Origin: Chiloscyllium plagiosum
Taxonomy: Eukaryota
Direction of reading: 5' to 3'
Assembly: GCF_004010195.1 (NCBI RefSeq)
Contig: NC_057751.1
Location: forward strand, 888,665-952,664
DNA length: 64,000 nucleotides
In this document: piece after piece, positions 63,400-64,000 of the stretch
Layout: the number at the start of each line of letters is the position of its first letter
Numbering within the stretch: position 1 is the stretch's first letter
Notes under the pieces: generated by a model
What the model was told of the DNA's origin: nothing
The model's input: only the letters and a program-made list of their open reading frames with translations
The model's database searches: none
Position numbers and translations under genes: made by a program

Positions 63400-64000
63400 T
63401 GAGAATCAGAGAGTGCATCACAGCGACAGAAACGAAGGATGTTGAGGAAGGTTTGTTTACTGAGTCAGTATGGGTGGAAGATAGGAACAGCAAGGGAACA
63501 GCCACCTCACTGGGGGTTTTCTACAGACCCCTTAACAGCAGTAGAGCGATTTAAGAACTCATAGGCTGGCAGATTTTGGAAAAATGCAGATGTAGCAGGG
63601 TTGTTGTTATGGGGATTTCAACTTTCCCAATATCAACTGGAACCTCCTTAGTGTAGATGGTTTGGATGGATCCGTTTTTGTCAGGTGTATTCAGGAGGGT
63701 TTCCTTACTCAGTATGTAGAGGGGAGAGGTCATTTTGGATTTGGTGCTCAGCAATGAGCCAGGACAGGTGTCAGATCTCACGGTGGGAGAACACTTTGGT
63801 GACAGTGACCACAAGTGCCTTACATTTACCATAGCCTTGGAGAGGGAAAGGAGCAGTTACCAAGGGAAGATATTTAATTGGGGAACAGGAAATTATGACG
63901 CTATCAGACAGGAGCTGGGAAGTACAGACTGGGAGCAATTGTTCCACAGAAGGGGCACAGCAGACATGTGGAGACTGTTCAAGGAGCAGTTGTTGTGAGT
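63400..64000 (+). mobile_element. CR1 ORF2 endonuclease region; continues beyond the window
   Basis: LGVFYRP, VVMGDFNFPNINW, LDLVLSNEPGQV...EHFGDSDH. Confidence 0.9.

Overview
Eukaryotic, transposon-dense vertebrate DNA. It is very likely elasmobranch (shark), judged from HE1-type SINEs, HER1/CR1 LINEs and Deu-domain SINE remnants. There are three assembly gaps (8309-8339, 10084-10554, 33387-33886). No prokaryotic genes, CRISPR arrays or intact host gene can be confirmed, and most listed ORFs are transposon fragments or chance. The window holds a decayed full-length Ty3/Gypsy element with candidate LTRs, PBS and PPT (1268-5753), a near-full-length CR1 with esterase-type ORF1 (7695-~11520), many truncated CR1 copies, three SINE families, two solo-LTR families and two minisatellites. 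The most interesting signals are: (1) about ten Penelope-like termini from at least four families carrying minimal hammerhead ribozyme motifs with covarying stem II, several as tiny fold-back elements, some with target-site duplications; (2) a phase-consistent chain of candidate minus-strand exons (59557-59302, 52023-51700, 44976-44724) with one in-frame TGA and a C-terminal hydrophobic segment; (3) repeat-free islands with PBX-HOX/MEIS/POU-type motifs that look like conserved enhancers. All family assignments come from motif recognition, not database searches, and boundaries of decayed repeats are approximate.
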